Shown here one piece after another: positions 26,080-38,035 of a stretch of DNA of 64,000 bases. The translations under genes and the position numbers were made by a program. Source of the DNA: Macrostomum lignano (lineage: Eukaryota). The stretch spans positions 124,001 through 188,000 of the forward strand of contig NIVC01001393.1 of NCBI GenBank assembly GCA_002269645.1. The letters are read 5' to 3'. The notes under the pieces are model-generated. The model did no database searches, was not told the DNA's origin, and saw nothing but the letters and a program-made list of their open reading frames with translations. Numbering within the stretch: the stretch's first letter is position 1; each line of letters begins with the position of its first letter.

Positions 26080-26968
26080 CGGGTACTTCAGGGACGGACA
26101 AGAACACTGGAAATAAAAGCACCATTTACAAACCTTTGCGACTGCTCTTTCTCTGCTACTTTAGAATTTTCATTTCGTTGCACAACTTCAACGATGATTT
26201 CTTTGGAACGATCGGACAAAAAATGTACCTTTATGATCTTCGTTTTTCCTGGTACAGTCACCTCTGACTTCTCAACCATGTGACGTTAATTCGGCAGTTT
26301 CGTAGCAGAGCAAAGATGCAGAGAGTAAATGAACAAGAAAACCACTGTTTAAAAAACTGAGAAAGTAATATTAGTCCTCTTCGCTCTACATAGTAAAGGT
26401 AATCGGTAAACTGTTATTAATCGAAAACACTAATTTTGAACTGTATTTGCTAGTAGAATGCGAATCACTCTGGCCAAGAAAATTTCTGTCCGCTTATTTG
26501 AAGCTAGTACAGTCTAGGATAAAAATATCCAGTATTGGAGGAAGTAGCGAATGATCTATAATAACTATTAAGACCTCGGCGTGTTACCGATTCTATCGCT
26601 TTTTGAACAGTCGCATAGATTTATATTTGCGATTAAATATCAGTAAAACAAAACGTTCTAAACTTACTAAGACAGAAAAATATATATTAAAAACATGACC
26701 AACTAGCTAAGCTTCACTGTTAATTTTTTGTTTTTTGCAGATAAGCATAAGTTTCTAGGCATCAAAAAGAATAACTCCGCAAATGCTAATTTAAGTTTAC
26801 GCGAAATCAATCCCATTCGAACTTCCGACCACTGTCGTTCGTTTCCAATTACGTACATGTTGTCTGTCAAGAAAATTTGCCAATAATTTACGGAAACAAA
26901 GTAACTTTTCTCTGTTCGCTAGGCACACTCGTAATCATATCCTCGTCAGATTCCATCTATAATCTACA

Positions 26969-29900
26969 ATGGCTGGGATGAAGTTTGAATATGACGAGTC
27001 AGGATCAACTTTCTATTATTTTCTTCTGGCTTTTTATGCACTTGTATTGTTGCCTATGACTTACTACTTTTGGCCGACATCTCAATCTGGTATGTAGAAA
27101 ATAAAGTTTGCAAGTTTTACAATCATTCCTTAGACTACTTTTGAGTCTTGCAAATTTTTTTTTAACTTTTAGCTTTTAAACAAGCATTAGGGTTAGGGAA
27201 ATAAGTAACAAGTCACATTTTGGCTACTTTAACTCAAGAGTTTTATTTTATAGGCCTATTTATATTTTTTCATCTTAGACATAAGACAAAAATGAAAGTT
27301 ACATGTTCTAGACTAGACTAGTATAGTGGTCTTAGTCTTAGACTAGCAATCGGTGCTCCCCTACTGGGGAACCAACAAAAAATAAATACAAGTTTTTAAT
27401 AAACTACATTTAGGCCTAGCTTCTTAATATCTTAGCAATTCTTCCCAAGTGTCACAGCATTATGATGTTTCCCCTAAGCATATAGTATTATTTTTTATTA
27501 TAATTATACTATTTCATTTTGGAATACTTATAAAAATAGCAACTGCATGTCTAAAAAAATTGAGCTTATATATAGGCATGTTTGCCATGTAAGCACACAT
27601 GGTATTGTTGGTTTAAATCTTGGCAATAAAAGATTGCTATCATCTCTAGTGTTAAATGGATTCTATATTAGAAACATAGCCACTATATTTTAAAGTGTGA
27701 ACTCATTAATGACATGGCCACTAGCATTTTGTAGACTTCATTAACATGGCCACTGTAAGACACCACTGTAAGAGAAGTAAGAGACATATTCTATACTATA
27801 TGGACATGGCTGCCATGTCCATAAGCTTTAATATTATAGATATAGCTAGTATGTTTCTAAAATGATCGGACATTTTGTCAACCAGCATTTTGTCAACTAG
27901 ACATTATGGCAGCTCAGAAAGTTGTAGCTAATTATTATAGCTGCACCAGCTAGAGAATTTAGAAATGGTAATGCAATTTCAAGTTTGTTTAAAATGTATA
28001 TATTTCTTAGAAGTAAATTTTTATAAAAACGTTTAGTCTTCAATGGTGTTGCAATACTTGAACCATAGTACCTGAATGCTATGTACATGGTTTCAATATT
28101 TTCTATGATAAAACTTAAAATTTAAACTTAAATATGTTAATGTTAACAACCAACATAACGGACAAATAATTTTGGCCTAAACCAAATGTCTAGTTGCCAT
28201 AATGTCTAATTGAGAAAATACTAATTGACAAAATTCCAGTTGACAAAATGCTGGTTGATAAAATTCTAGTTGAAAAAATGTCCTAGAACCATTTCTAAAT
28301 GTAATGATTTCTTTTTCTATTATGGAAACAAATTTAGGCTTATGCTATGGTATAGCTATGTTATAAAGAATCTAGGGGATCTTCTAGTTTGTTTTGCAAT
28401 TTTTTTTACAGTTTTAATTGGTGCCACAACATAGTGCCAAATCAGAAAATGTCTATGGCCAAATAAGTTGGCCAAATAAGTAAAAGTCTTGCATAAGGCA
28501 AATCAATAGTCTATAGGTTAAATCTTAGTATAGTAGTCTAATAAAAATATGAATAGCATCATATAGCTTTTTATTTTTAGCTTTGGAAGAAATCAGCTCT
28601 GCTTTATATATATATCTGCTAAGTAAATCTACAAACCTATATGTATGTTACAAGTTCAGGTCTACAAGCTTGACAAGTTTTAATAAAGTCTGCTATAGCT
28701 ATAGATATAGTTACAGAAAGTTAAAGATATGGAGGTTTTTAGACAAAGTATATAGATATAAATATGGTTATAGGAACATAGATTATAAGATAATAAAATG
28801 TTACCTTAAGTCCAAAATGTTCCATTATATATTTTAAGCAATTTTATATATAGGTAAAAAATAATCATTTTTTGTTTTAGCCTTTATATTAGAAAATTTT
28901 TAAGTCTAACATTGGCATACATAATTGGCATACTAAAAATTGCCAATTTCAGGTTTGGTATATATGCTAAATTTTGTTCAAAAAAGCTCTTGCATGTAGT
29001 TAAGACCAGCAATTAGCTCCCCTATTATTAAGCCAATAGAAAATGGAATAGTTCTTAGAATAAATTATATTTAGCTTCTTGCAGTAATCTCAGCAATTTT
29101 CCCTATAAGCAGTGTTGGGCACCATTAATGAAAATCTTAACTTCCATTAAAGGCAAAAGCATTAGTGTTCAAACAAAAAATCTTAACTTTTTAACTCTTA
29201 ATATCATTAAGTTAACTGAAAATTAACTGATAATCATTAATTAGGGTTAATCCGTTAAAGTTAACACAGAAAATACAGAAATCTTGCACTGCTTTTGCTT
29301 TTCCATCTTTTTAGCTAAACACAGGTCATCCAACCAATTTACAAGCTAAAAAAATAACAAAAAATTATAATAGTAAAAACTTGTAAGTATAATACTACTA
29401 AAAGTAAGCATACAGTAAACAAATTAACTTATTTATTTGAAACTTAAAAAGCTAATTAGTTAATAATAAAATACAAATAGGAAGGTTTTTTCAGTAGCAT
29501 TAGCAGGCACAGCAGAAAGTTACAAAAGATTGGCAAAGAAGTGAATCAAAGCAATCAATGCTCACACACAAGCAATAAAGTTCACAATTTTAATTCATTA
29601 TTAAAGTTCATTAGTAAGAAGTTGTTACATCTGCATGATCATTGTCATAATCAAAGAGATTAATTAGACATTTAGGTAAATTCAAATACATTTGTAATGT
29701 TGTAACTTCTTGCCAGACTTGTATTTTTGTTTTTTCTTTGCATCGTTTGTCTTGACACTGTCTTTGATGTTAACAATGAATTTTTTGTTAACTCACAAAA
29801 TAATTAACACAAATTCGTTAATCTGTTAGTTCAAAAAATCTTAATGGCAGTCCGTTAACATTAATGAGAAATATTAATGCTTATTAATGGATTAACACTT

Positions 29901-32900
29901 ATTAACGGACCAGTGCCCAGCACTGCCTATAAGCCTTGACATTTCAACAATCCCCAATGTGCCTTAACATCTCAGAAATGCCACCAATAAGCCTTGAAAT
30001 CTCAACAACTCCCCTGTCAGCCTTGAAATGTCAACAAATCCTTTGTCAGCTTTGAAATATCCCCATTCCCCTAACTCTCCTATTTAGCAATTCCCCCTAA
30101 TCCTAATTGTAACCCTAACCCCAACCCTAACCCTAAAGCCTTGACTTCTTAGAAGTTCTTCCCCTATAAACCTTGAAATTTCAGTAATTCTCCCCAAAAG
30201 TCACATTATAGCAATTTCCTTCAAGCTTTGACGTCGTAGCATTTCCCAAATAAATTTTCTATGTTCGACATGTCACTTCTATATGTCTTACAGATGCTTA
30301 TTTATGTTTTACATGACTCTTATTTTTGACCTGACACTTTTCATGTCTATGACACTTCTATCAGCGCCCCATAAGCCTTGACATCTAAGCAATTCCCCAT
30401 AAGCCTTGACATCTAAGCAATTCCCCCATAAGCCTTGACATCTAAGCAATTCCCCCATAAGCCTTGACATCTAAGCAATTCCCCCATAAGCCTTGACATC
30501 TAAGCAATTCCCCCATAAGCCTTGACATCTAAGCAATTCCCCCATAAGCCTTGACATCTAAGCAATTCCCCATAAGCCTTGACATCTAAGCAATTCCCCC
30601 ATAAGCCTTGACATCTAAGCAATTCCCCCATAAGCCTTGACATCTAAGCAATTCCCCCATAAGCCTTGACATCTAAGCAATTCCCCCATAAGCCTTGACA
30701 TCTAAGCAATTCCCCCATAAGCCTTGACATCTAAGCAATTCCCCCATAAGCCTTGACATCTAAGCAATTCCCCCCCATAAGCCTTGACATATAAGCGATC
30801 CCCCATTAGCCTTAACCCGTGTGACAGATTACAATTTTCACTGGCCTGAAATTCGTAGATCGCATCGAGCAAGGCAAGCGGAAATGTCACTGCGACGGCT
30901 GCCAGATGAAGCGGCATCTGTTGAAATCTTTTTCGCCATGGAAAGAGCGAAAGAAAAAGTTATTGTAAGTTTCTATTCTTGGCCTCGGAAATAATGTAAT
31001 TTAAGCTGACATGAGTTACTTATGTACTTTTCAATTACAGGAAGCTTTTGTTCTTTGTCTTATGGATAATACTGGCAGTGCTGTTGTACAAGGTGAACAC
31101 AATTAAGGTCGAATGGATGGACTTCGATCCCTACAATGTTCTGGGCATTGATCGGGTAGGTAATTGTAAATTGTTGATTTATTACAGTATGTTTGATTTC
31201 CTACCTTCGTATTTATACATTATTCGCGTGATTCGCTACTTTTATAAGTAGTGCTAAAAGCATACTACAATTTTTTATGAAATGTTTAATGACTTAAAAA
31301 TATCGCTAGATTTTTTCTTGCATTTCTACTACTAGTAGTAAAATTAGAAGCGCGCGTATAAATTATATTGTTTCTACCCCCGTCAATCTGTTCAGGGCGC
31401 CAGTCCGATGGACATTCGCAGAGCCTATCGCCAGCTGTCACTGACGCATCACCCAGACAAAGGCGGCGATCCGCAGGTATTCCAGCAGATCTCCAAGGCC
31501 TACCGGGCTCTCACTAACGAACAGGACAGAAAGAATTGGGAAATCCACGGCAGTCCTGACGGCCCTACGGCTATTAATTTCGGCATCGCTCTGCCTAAAT
31601 GGCTGGTCCGCCAAGAGAACAGCATGCTAGTGCTTGGCGTCTACGGCCTCGTATTCATGGTGCTGCTGCCTGTGGTGGTTGGAACCTGGTGGTACAGAAC
31701 TATCAAGTTCACTGGCGAGTCGATATTGCTGCAGACTACGGAAATATTTCGCTATTTCCTTATGCGCACGCCTAATATGTCGTTTAGGCGCATCTTAATG
31801 ATTCTGGCCAGCGCCTGCGAGTTCAATCGGCTGCAGAATCCCGAAGTGGTTGAACGACCGTCAGACAACGAAGAGGTCAGTCAGAGCGGTTTGATGTCTG
31901 ATTTAGAGCATGACATTGTCTGAAGTCTATAATCTCCTGTTCTCCCCATCACTAACCTTGTCGCTCACCATCATTCCTCATCCCCTCTCCCTTAACCCGT
32001 CTCCCTCTCACCCTCTCCCTTAACCTTGTCTCCCTCTCACCCTCTCCCTTAACCTTGTCTCCCTCTCACCCTTCTCCTCTTAACCTTGTCTCCCTCTCAC
32101 CCTCTCCCTTAACCTTGTCTCCCTCTCACCCTCTCCCTTAACCTTGTCTCCCTCTCACCCTTCTCCCCTTAACTTTGTCTCCCTCTCACCCTTCTCCCCT
32201 TAACTTTGTCTCCCTCTCACCCTCTCCCTTAACCTTGTCTCCCTCTCACCCTTCTCCCCTTAACCTTGTCTCCATCTCATCTCCCCCTTAACATTGTCTC
32301 CCTCTCACCCTCCCCCTTAACCTTGTCTCCCTCTCGCCCTTCTCCCTTAACTTTGTCTCCCTCTCACCCTTCTCCCCTTAACTTTGTCTCCCTCTCACCC
32401 TTCTCCCCTCAACTTTGTCTCCCTCTCACCCTTCTCACCGTAACCCTGTCTCCATCTCATCTCCCCCTTAACATTGTCTCCCTCTCACCCTCCCCCTTAA
32501 CCTTGTCTCCCTCTCGCCCTTCTCCCCTTAACCTTGTCTCCCTCTCACCCTTCTCCCCTTAACTTTGTCTCCCTCTCACCCTTCTCCCCTCAACTTTGTC
32601 TCCCTCTCACCCTTCTCACCGTAACCCTGTCTCCATCTCATCTCCCCCTTAACATTGTCTCCCTCTCACCCTCCCCCTTAACCTTGTCTCCCTCTCGCCC
32701 TTCTCCCCTTAACCTTGTCTCCCTCTCACCCTTCTCCTCTTAACCTTGTCTCCCTCTCACCCTTCTCCTCTTAACCTTGTCTCCTCACTGTCTTCCCTTA
32801 ACCTACTCCCCTTAACTTTGTCTCCCTCTCGTCTCATCCCCTATTACCTTTTTCAGCCTCAATCTTGACTCAGCTTTAATAACCTGAAAGAATAATTTTT

Positions 32901-34465
32901 AGTTTTGCCTCGCCTATTCCCTGTCCAGGTTCCAATGGTGATGAAGCAGCTGCCTCAGGTAAACGAAAAGAACAAGGAGCCACCGTTCTGTCTGCCATAC
33001 GCTTTGAAGGCTCGCGTGTTGCTGCACGCGCATCTCAGCCGGCTGGACCTGAACCCCAATACGCTGGAGGTCGATAGGCGGACAGTTGTATGCAAGTGCC
33101 CGGCCCTGCTGCAGGAGATGGTGTCACTTAGCATGCAGCTTGTGGCCTGCGCCCAGTACTACGGTAGCCGCTGTGGCCACCCCCGCTTAGAGACTATCGA
33201 GTGCATCATGAAGCTGAGCCCCATGATTGTCCAGGGCCTATGGGAGAACAAGAGTCCAATATTGCAGCTGCCGCACATATCCGAAGATTCGTTGCGTCAT
33301 TTTGTTACTAGGAAGCGAAATATTCGAACTATTCGACAATTGGCCCTGATGCCGGATAGCGAGCGGCGGGCGCTGCTTAGGAGCCTGACCGAGGACCAGT
33401 ACCGCGATGTTATGACCGTGTGCGCCGGCATGCCGCAGGTCGACGTGCAGAGCAAAATTGAGGTCATCGACGATGACAAACCGGAGCAGGTGAGCGGCTG
33501 GGCGAATGGGATCAGGGATATTCTGGGGAGATCTGAGATTTGTAGTAGTAATAGTAGTAGTAGTAATAGCAGTAGTAGCAGTAGTTAGTACTTACAGTAT
33601 TACACCTGCCCAGAAACCGACAGCTCAGCCGCAGCTACTGCGCGGCGCAGCTGAAGGCAGCGTACGGCTGTTCAGTCCAAGGACTGGGGGGTCGCCACAC
33701 GCCCTCAATTACCCCAGCTAATGCTGGCACCCATTTTACAGCTGGGTGAACTGAAGCAATGCAGAGTTAAGTATCTTGCTCAAGGACACAAATTGTTCCA
33801 GTGGGATTGGGAATCGAACCCCCGCCCCGACCTTTCAGTTTTGAGTCGAGCGCCCTAACAAGTAGACTAAAAACCCTCCGAGTCTAGTAATAGTAGTAGT
33901 AAAAGTAGTCAATATTAAATTTGGGATCTGGGATATTTGGGGAGATTTTATATATTTGGCTCCATCTGCGGTGTTAATAACTTAAGATCTGGGATAGATA
34001 TCCAAAGGATAGCGGCAGTCCCGAATTTAGAAAACCTTATAGCAGTTTTTATACGGTTCGAAGTTTTATGCGCCACCCACACCGCCCCGGTAACTATGCA
34101 GGTGACCGCCAGCAGCCTGGTCACGGTGACGGTGACCCTGACGCGGCGCGACCTGGCCGAGCTGATGTCGGCCACCTCCGCAGTCGGTGACGATGCCTCC
34201 GCCAACCAATTCGACGAAGCAGGAGACGATGAGTCGCAGCGGCAGCACACTCTGCTTCAAAATGGCTGCCAAGACGATTTGCTGACGGCGGCATCGCCGA
34301 CGTCAAACGGCGGCTCGACGGTCGGCACCGACGGCTCCCCGGCAAAGAATTCGTCGCAGCAGCCTCAACAGTCGCATCATCATCAGCAGCAGCAGAAGAA
34401 GAAGCGCGGCAAGGACAGTTGGCTGAACAAGGGTAAGGGAAAGAGTAAACCGAAGCAGCAGGCCA

Positions 34466-34500
<35 letters not shown>

Positions 34501-36895
34501 AAGCAATCCGCCGCTGCTTCGGCAAACGATGAAGCCGGACGGAACACCGAGAACGACGAAGACGACGATTTGCCGCCGCTGGTCGAAATGTCCGTCGACG
34601 GCGACGCCCAGCAGCAGCCGGCCGCCGAGGCGCCCGACGAAGATGCCGACGAGGCGGACGGTGCAGGCGCCAGTCGGGACGGCGACGAGTCCGACGGCGA
34701 GAGCGGCTGGGACCGGGTGCAGGAGCAGCTGCGCAGGGACAACTCGCTGGATACGCGGAGTCGGACAACTCGAGTCGTGCACTGCCCGATGTTCCCGGGC
34801 GAGAAGCTCGAGTTCTGGTGGCTGTACATCTGCGACAAGCGCGTGTCCAAGCTGCTCACCCAGCCCGTGTTCATCACCTCGCTCGATGACACAGAGCAGG
34901 TGAGCTCGATTCTCCCGAGTTTCTCCCATCGAGTTTCTCCCACCGAGTTTCTCCCACCGAGTTTCTCCCATCGAGTTTCTCCCACCGAGTTTCTCCCATC
35001 GAGTTTCTTCTGCTTGAGTTTCTCCCATCGAGTTTCTTCTGCTTGAGTTTCTCCCATCGAGTTTCTTCTGCTTGAGTTTCTCCCATCGAGTTTCTGCCAT
35101 CGATTTTCTCCCATCGAGTTTCTTCTGCTTGAGTTTCTCCCATCGAGTTTCTTCTGCTTGAGTTTCTCCCGCCGAGGTTCTTCCACCGATGGTTCTATAC
35201 TAAATCAGAATTTTTCATATGCTTGTACAACTGCCTTCTATCTTTCTGATATCCATGTTGATGGGAAAAACAACTCATAAACAATTCAAAAGCAATAATC
35301 TATGAATGCAATTGCGTGCTAGCTAATCTCACGTGAATGCCGTCTTTCTGGCCGTCTGTCGGTGACATGGTAGACTTTTTTTCTGCATGTTTTAATTAAA
35401 TTTAATTGATAATTCTAAAAATGGCCACTTTTTGTCACGCTTCAAGCAGAATTCCCAATTGATCTTGTGTAGTGCGTGCATCTTTCCTTTTTAATTTAAA
35501 AGCTGGCTTAGTGACGCCTAATGCCAGGCAAAAATTAGCTCTCCGGCTTGTGATTTTGCAAAATCTGAATTTTGTGCTCAATTGTAATACGAAAATACTG
35601 CAATCCCAATTCTGCAAGACTGCAATCCTGCAATCCCAATACTGTAATCCTGCAATCTTGCAATCCCAATACTGCAAGACTGCAATCCTGCAATCCCAAT
35701 ACTGCAAGACTGCAATCCTGCAATCCCAATACTGTAATCCTGCAATCTTGCAATCCTATACTGCAATCCTGCAATCCCAATACTGCAAGACTGCAATCCT
35801 GCAATCCCAATACTGCAAGACTGCAATCCTGCAATCCCAATACTGTAATCCTGCAATCTTGCAATCCTATACTGCAATCCTGCAATCCCAATACTGCAAG
35901 ACTGCAATCCTGCAATCCCAATACTGCAAGACTGCAATCCTGCAATCCCAATACTGTAATCCTGCAATCTTGCAATCCTATACTGCAATCCTGCAATCCC
36001 AATACTGCAAGACTGCAATCCTGCAATCCCAATACTGCAAGACTGCAATCCTGCAATCCCAATACTGTAATCCTGCAATCTTGCAATCCTATACTGCAAT
36101 CCTGCAATCCCAATACTGCAAGACTGCAATCCTGCAATCCCAATACTGCAAGACTGCAATCCTGCAATCCCAATACTGTAATCCTGCAATCTTGCAATCC
36201 TATACTGCAATCCTGCAATCCCAATACTGCAAGACTGCAATCCTGCAATCCCAATACTGCAAGACTGCAATCCTGCAATCCCAATACTGTAATCCTGCAA
36301 TCTTGCAATCCTATACTGCAATCCTGCAATCCCAATACTGCAAGACTGCAATCCTGCAATCCCAATACTGTAATCCTGCAATCTTGCAGTCCTATACTGC
36401 AATCCTGCAATCCCAATACTGTAATCCTGCAATCTTGCAATCCTATACTGCAATCCTGCAATCCCAATGCTGCAATGCTGCAATCTCAATCTGTCATACT
36501 GCAATGCTGGAAACTCAATCTATTGTACCACAATCCCAAGTTGCAATACTCTGTCTAAATCTCTGAAATCCCAATTGGCGCGGCAGGTTCCGCTTCGCTT
36601 CCAAGCGCCGGACAAGCCGGGCAGCTACACCTACACCCTGTGTCTGCGCTCCGACTCCTACCTTGACCTCGAGCTGAACCTGCCAATCCGGCTGGATGTA
36701 CTGCCGGCCGCCGAGGTGCCAGTGAAGAAGCCGGTGTACGACTCCAGCGACCAGGACGACGCCGACTCCGACTACGACGACGAGTCGGATATTGACGCCG
36801 GCGGCGGCGCCAGGCAGCGGCGCGGCGGCGGTGGCGCCAGACCTGGCGCAGACGACTCTGACGGCGGCTCAACCGAATACGACTATTCGGAGTGA
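26969..36895 (+). CDS. SEC63: Translocation protein SEC63 (J-domain, Sec63/Brl domain); 7 exons, about 829 aa
   Basis: Exons 26969-27089, 30859-30964, 31041-31155, 31396-31875, 32929-33489, 34102-34899 and 36587-36895; all introns are GT-AG with consistent phases (2490 nt). Motifs: MAGMKFEYDESGSTFYYF, DPYNVLGID, HPDKGGD, GSPDGP..FGIALPKW, CLPYALKARVLL, EFWWLYICD, YTLCLRSDSY and an acidic C-tail. Confidence 0.96.
27862..28290. mobile_element. MITE in SEC63 intron 1 (Mutator-like)
   Basis: Inverted ends GGACATTTTGTCAACCAGCATTTTGTCAACTAG / CAGTTGACAAAATGCTGGTTGATAAAATTCTAGTTGAAAAAATGTCC; flanks (G/A)TTTCTAAA on both sides. Confidence 0.55.
29110..29925. mobile_element. 816-bp hAT-type non-autonomous element in SEC63 intron 1
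   Basis: TIRs CAGTGTTGGGCAC / GTGCCCAGCACTG and a perfect 8-bp TSD CCTATAAG (29102-29109 and 29926-29933). Confidence 0.85.
30365..30800. repeat. 29-bp minisatellite (TAAGCCTTGACATCTAAGCAATTCCCCCA)n
   Basis: About 15 near-identical copies, preceded by degenerate related units from about 29930. Confidence 0.95.
31985..32830. repeat. 29-30-bp pyrimidine-rich minisatellite in SEC63 intron 4
   Basis: CCTTAACCTTGTCTCCCTCTCACCCTCTC units, with a superperiod of about 180 bp in the right half. Confidence 0.9.
33540..33880 (-). mobile_element. Second copy of the tRNA-derived CORE-like SINE, in SEC63 intron 5
   Basis: The reverse complement is nearly identical to 20770-21015; (TAC)n-type tail. Confidence 0.85.
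34915..35175. repeat. 14/15-bp minisatellite (GAGTTTCTCCCATC / GAGTTTCTTCTGCTT) next to the SEC63 exon 6 donor
   Basis: Tandem alternating units. Confidence 0.85.
35595..36470. repeat. Higher-order minisatellite (30+30+30+21 = 111-bp period) in SEC63 intron 6
   Basis: 37-aa periodicity ILQSQYCKTA-ILQSQYCKTA-ILQSQYCNPA-ILQSYTA in the ORF track. Confidence 0.92.
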
Positions 36896-38035
36896 GGCGG
36901 GCTTTGAAGGCTTTTCCAATTGGACTTTTGTGCTTGTTTTTGTTCAGAAAGTTCACTTCTAGCTTAGCTGAATCCTGCTGGTTGCTTTTTTAGACTAACT
37001 TGATAAGCAATTCCTTGTGCTGTGTCACGCGTGAAGGTGTCCATTATATAATAATTTCACTCTTAAGTCGGCCATTGCTCTGTCTGTCGGGTGCAAAGGA
37101 CTGCATCAGATTCTGCTTCTACACCTAGGCGTACCTAGTCCATGCAAATATTTACTTTCAAGAGTTGATCTTGAACACATAATTAAATCGTTCATAAACA
37201 TGAAGGCTCTTCTTTTCTCCCTGCATGAAATAAAATTCCTTTAGTCTAATTTTTCTTTGTTTGTGTTTAAAAAAATTTTGCTGGACACTGTCGACTCATC
37301 ACTAGGCGGTTAAAGTTTCTGCTTCATCCTATTTTCAATCAGTTTAGGGCTGGTTTGTAGAGTTCAAATGATTTGATTAATTTGCTTTAATATTTCCATC
37401 AGTTCGCCAGTGTTCTAATATTCTATTTGTCTTTTTTTCTTGCTGTCTTCTCTAATTCTATTGTTTATTTCTAACTTTTGCTTTCTAGTGCGTGTCATTT
37501 GAAAGTGCGCAAACCGCTCGCTATGTGCAAATTTTGAGCCATAAGGAGAATATTTACTTGATATGATACACATCGTGCCCGCTTGTGACACTCCTGGTTG
37601 TGTTGTGCAGCACTAATTCCCTTATGTCAAGTTTTTCTCATTGTCTACTTGATTATTTCTTATTTCTTGATTAAAGCTGCTTGAGTCGGATAAGCACTAT
37701 AGCTTCTGCAACAGAAGTATCGACATTCCTAACGGATGCTACAGAGTAGCTCAGGCCCCGTTGTGATCTTTGCGTCACGACTCGCGATCCCTGGTTCGAT
37801 TCAAAAGGAAAACGTGCTGTAAGAGGCGTGAATGTTTTCGCTGTTGTGTGGTTGTTATTGGGTCGGAGTTATTCATCTGCAAATAATCGCGATGTACATT
37901 GATTGATGTACATTGCAAATATATAAATCGTTGCGCGTGGCTTTAGCCACTTCGTGTGTTTTTGGTCTCGCTTAACTCTCGCCTTCTCTCAGTTTACATT
38001 GGTGGCAGCGGCCTCAGTTGCAAACCGGCTCACTC

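Noticed and set aside
30104-30136. Telomere-like CCCTAA units
   Set aside because: Only 3-4 imperfect units inside a degenerate C-rich satellite; not enough for an interstitial telomere.
33937-34101. N-terminal extension of the 369-aa ORF (likewise 32905-32928 and 36467-36586)
   Set aside because: These are intronic read-through upstream of SEC63 acceptors.
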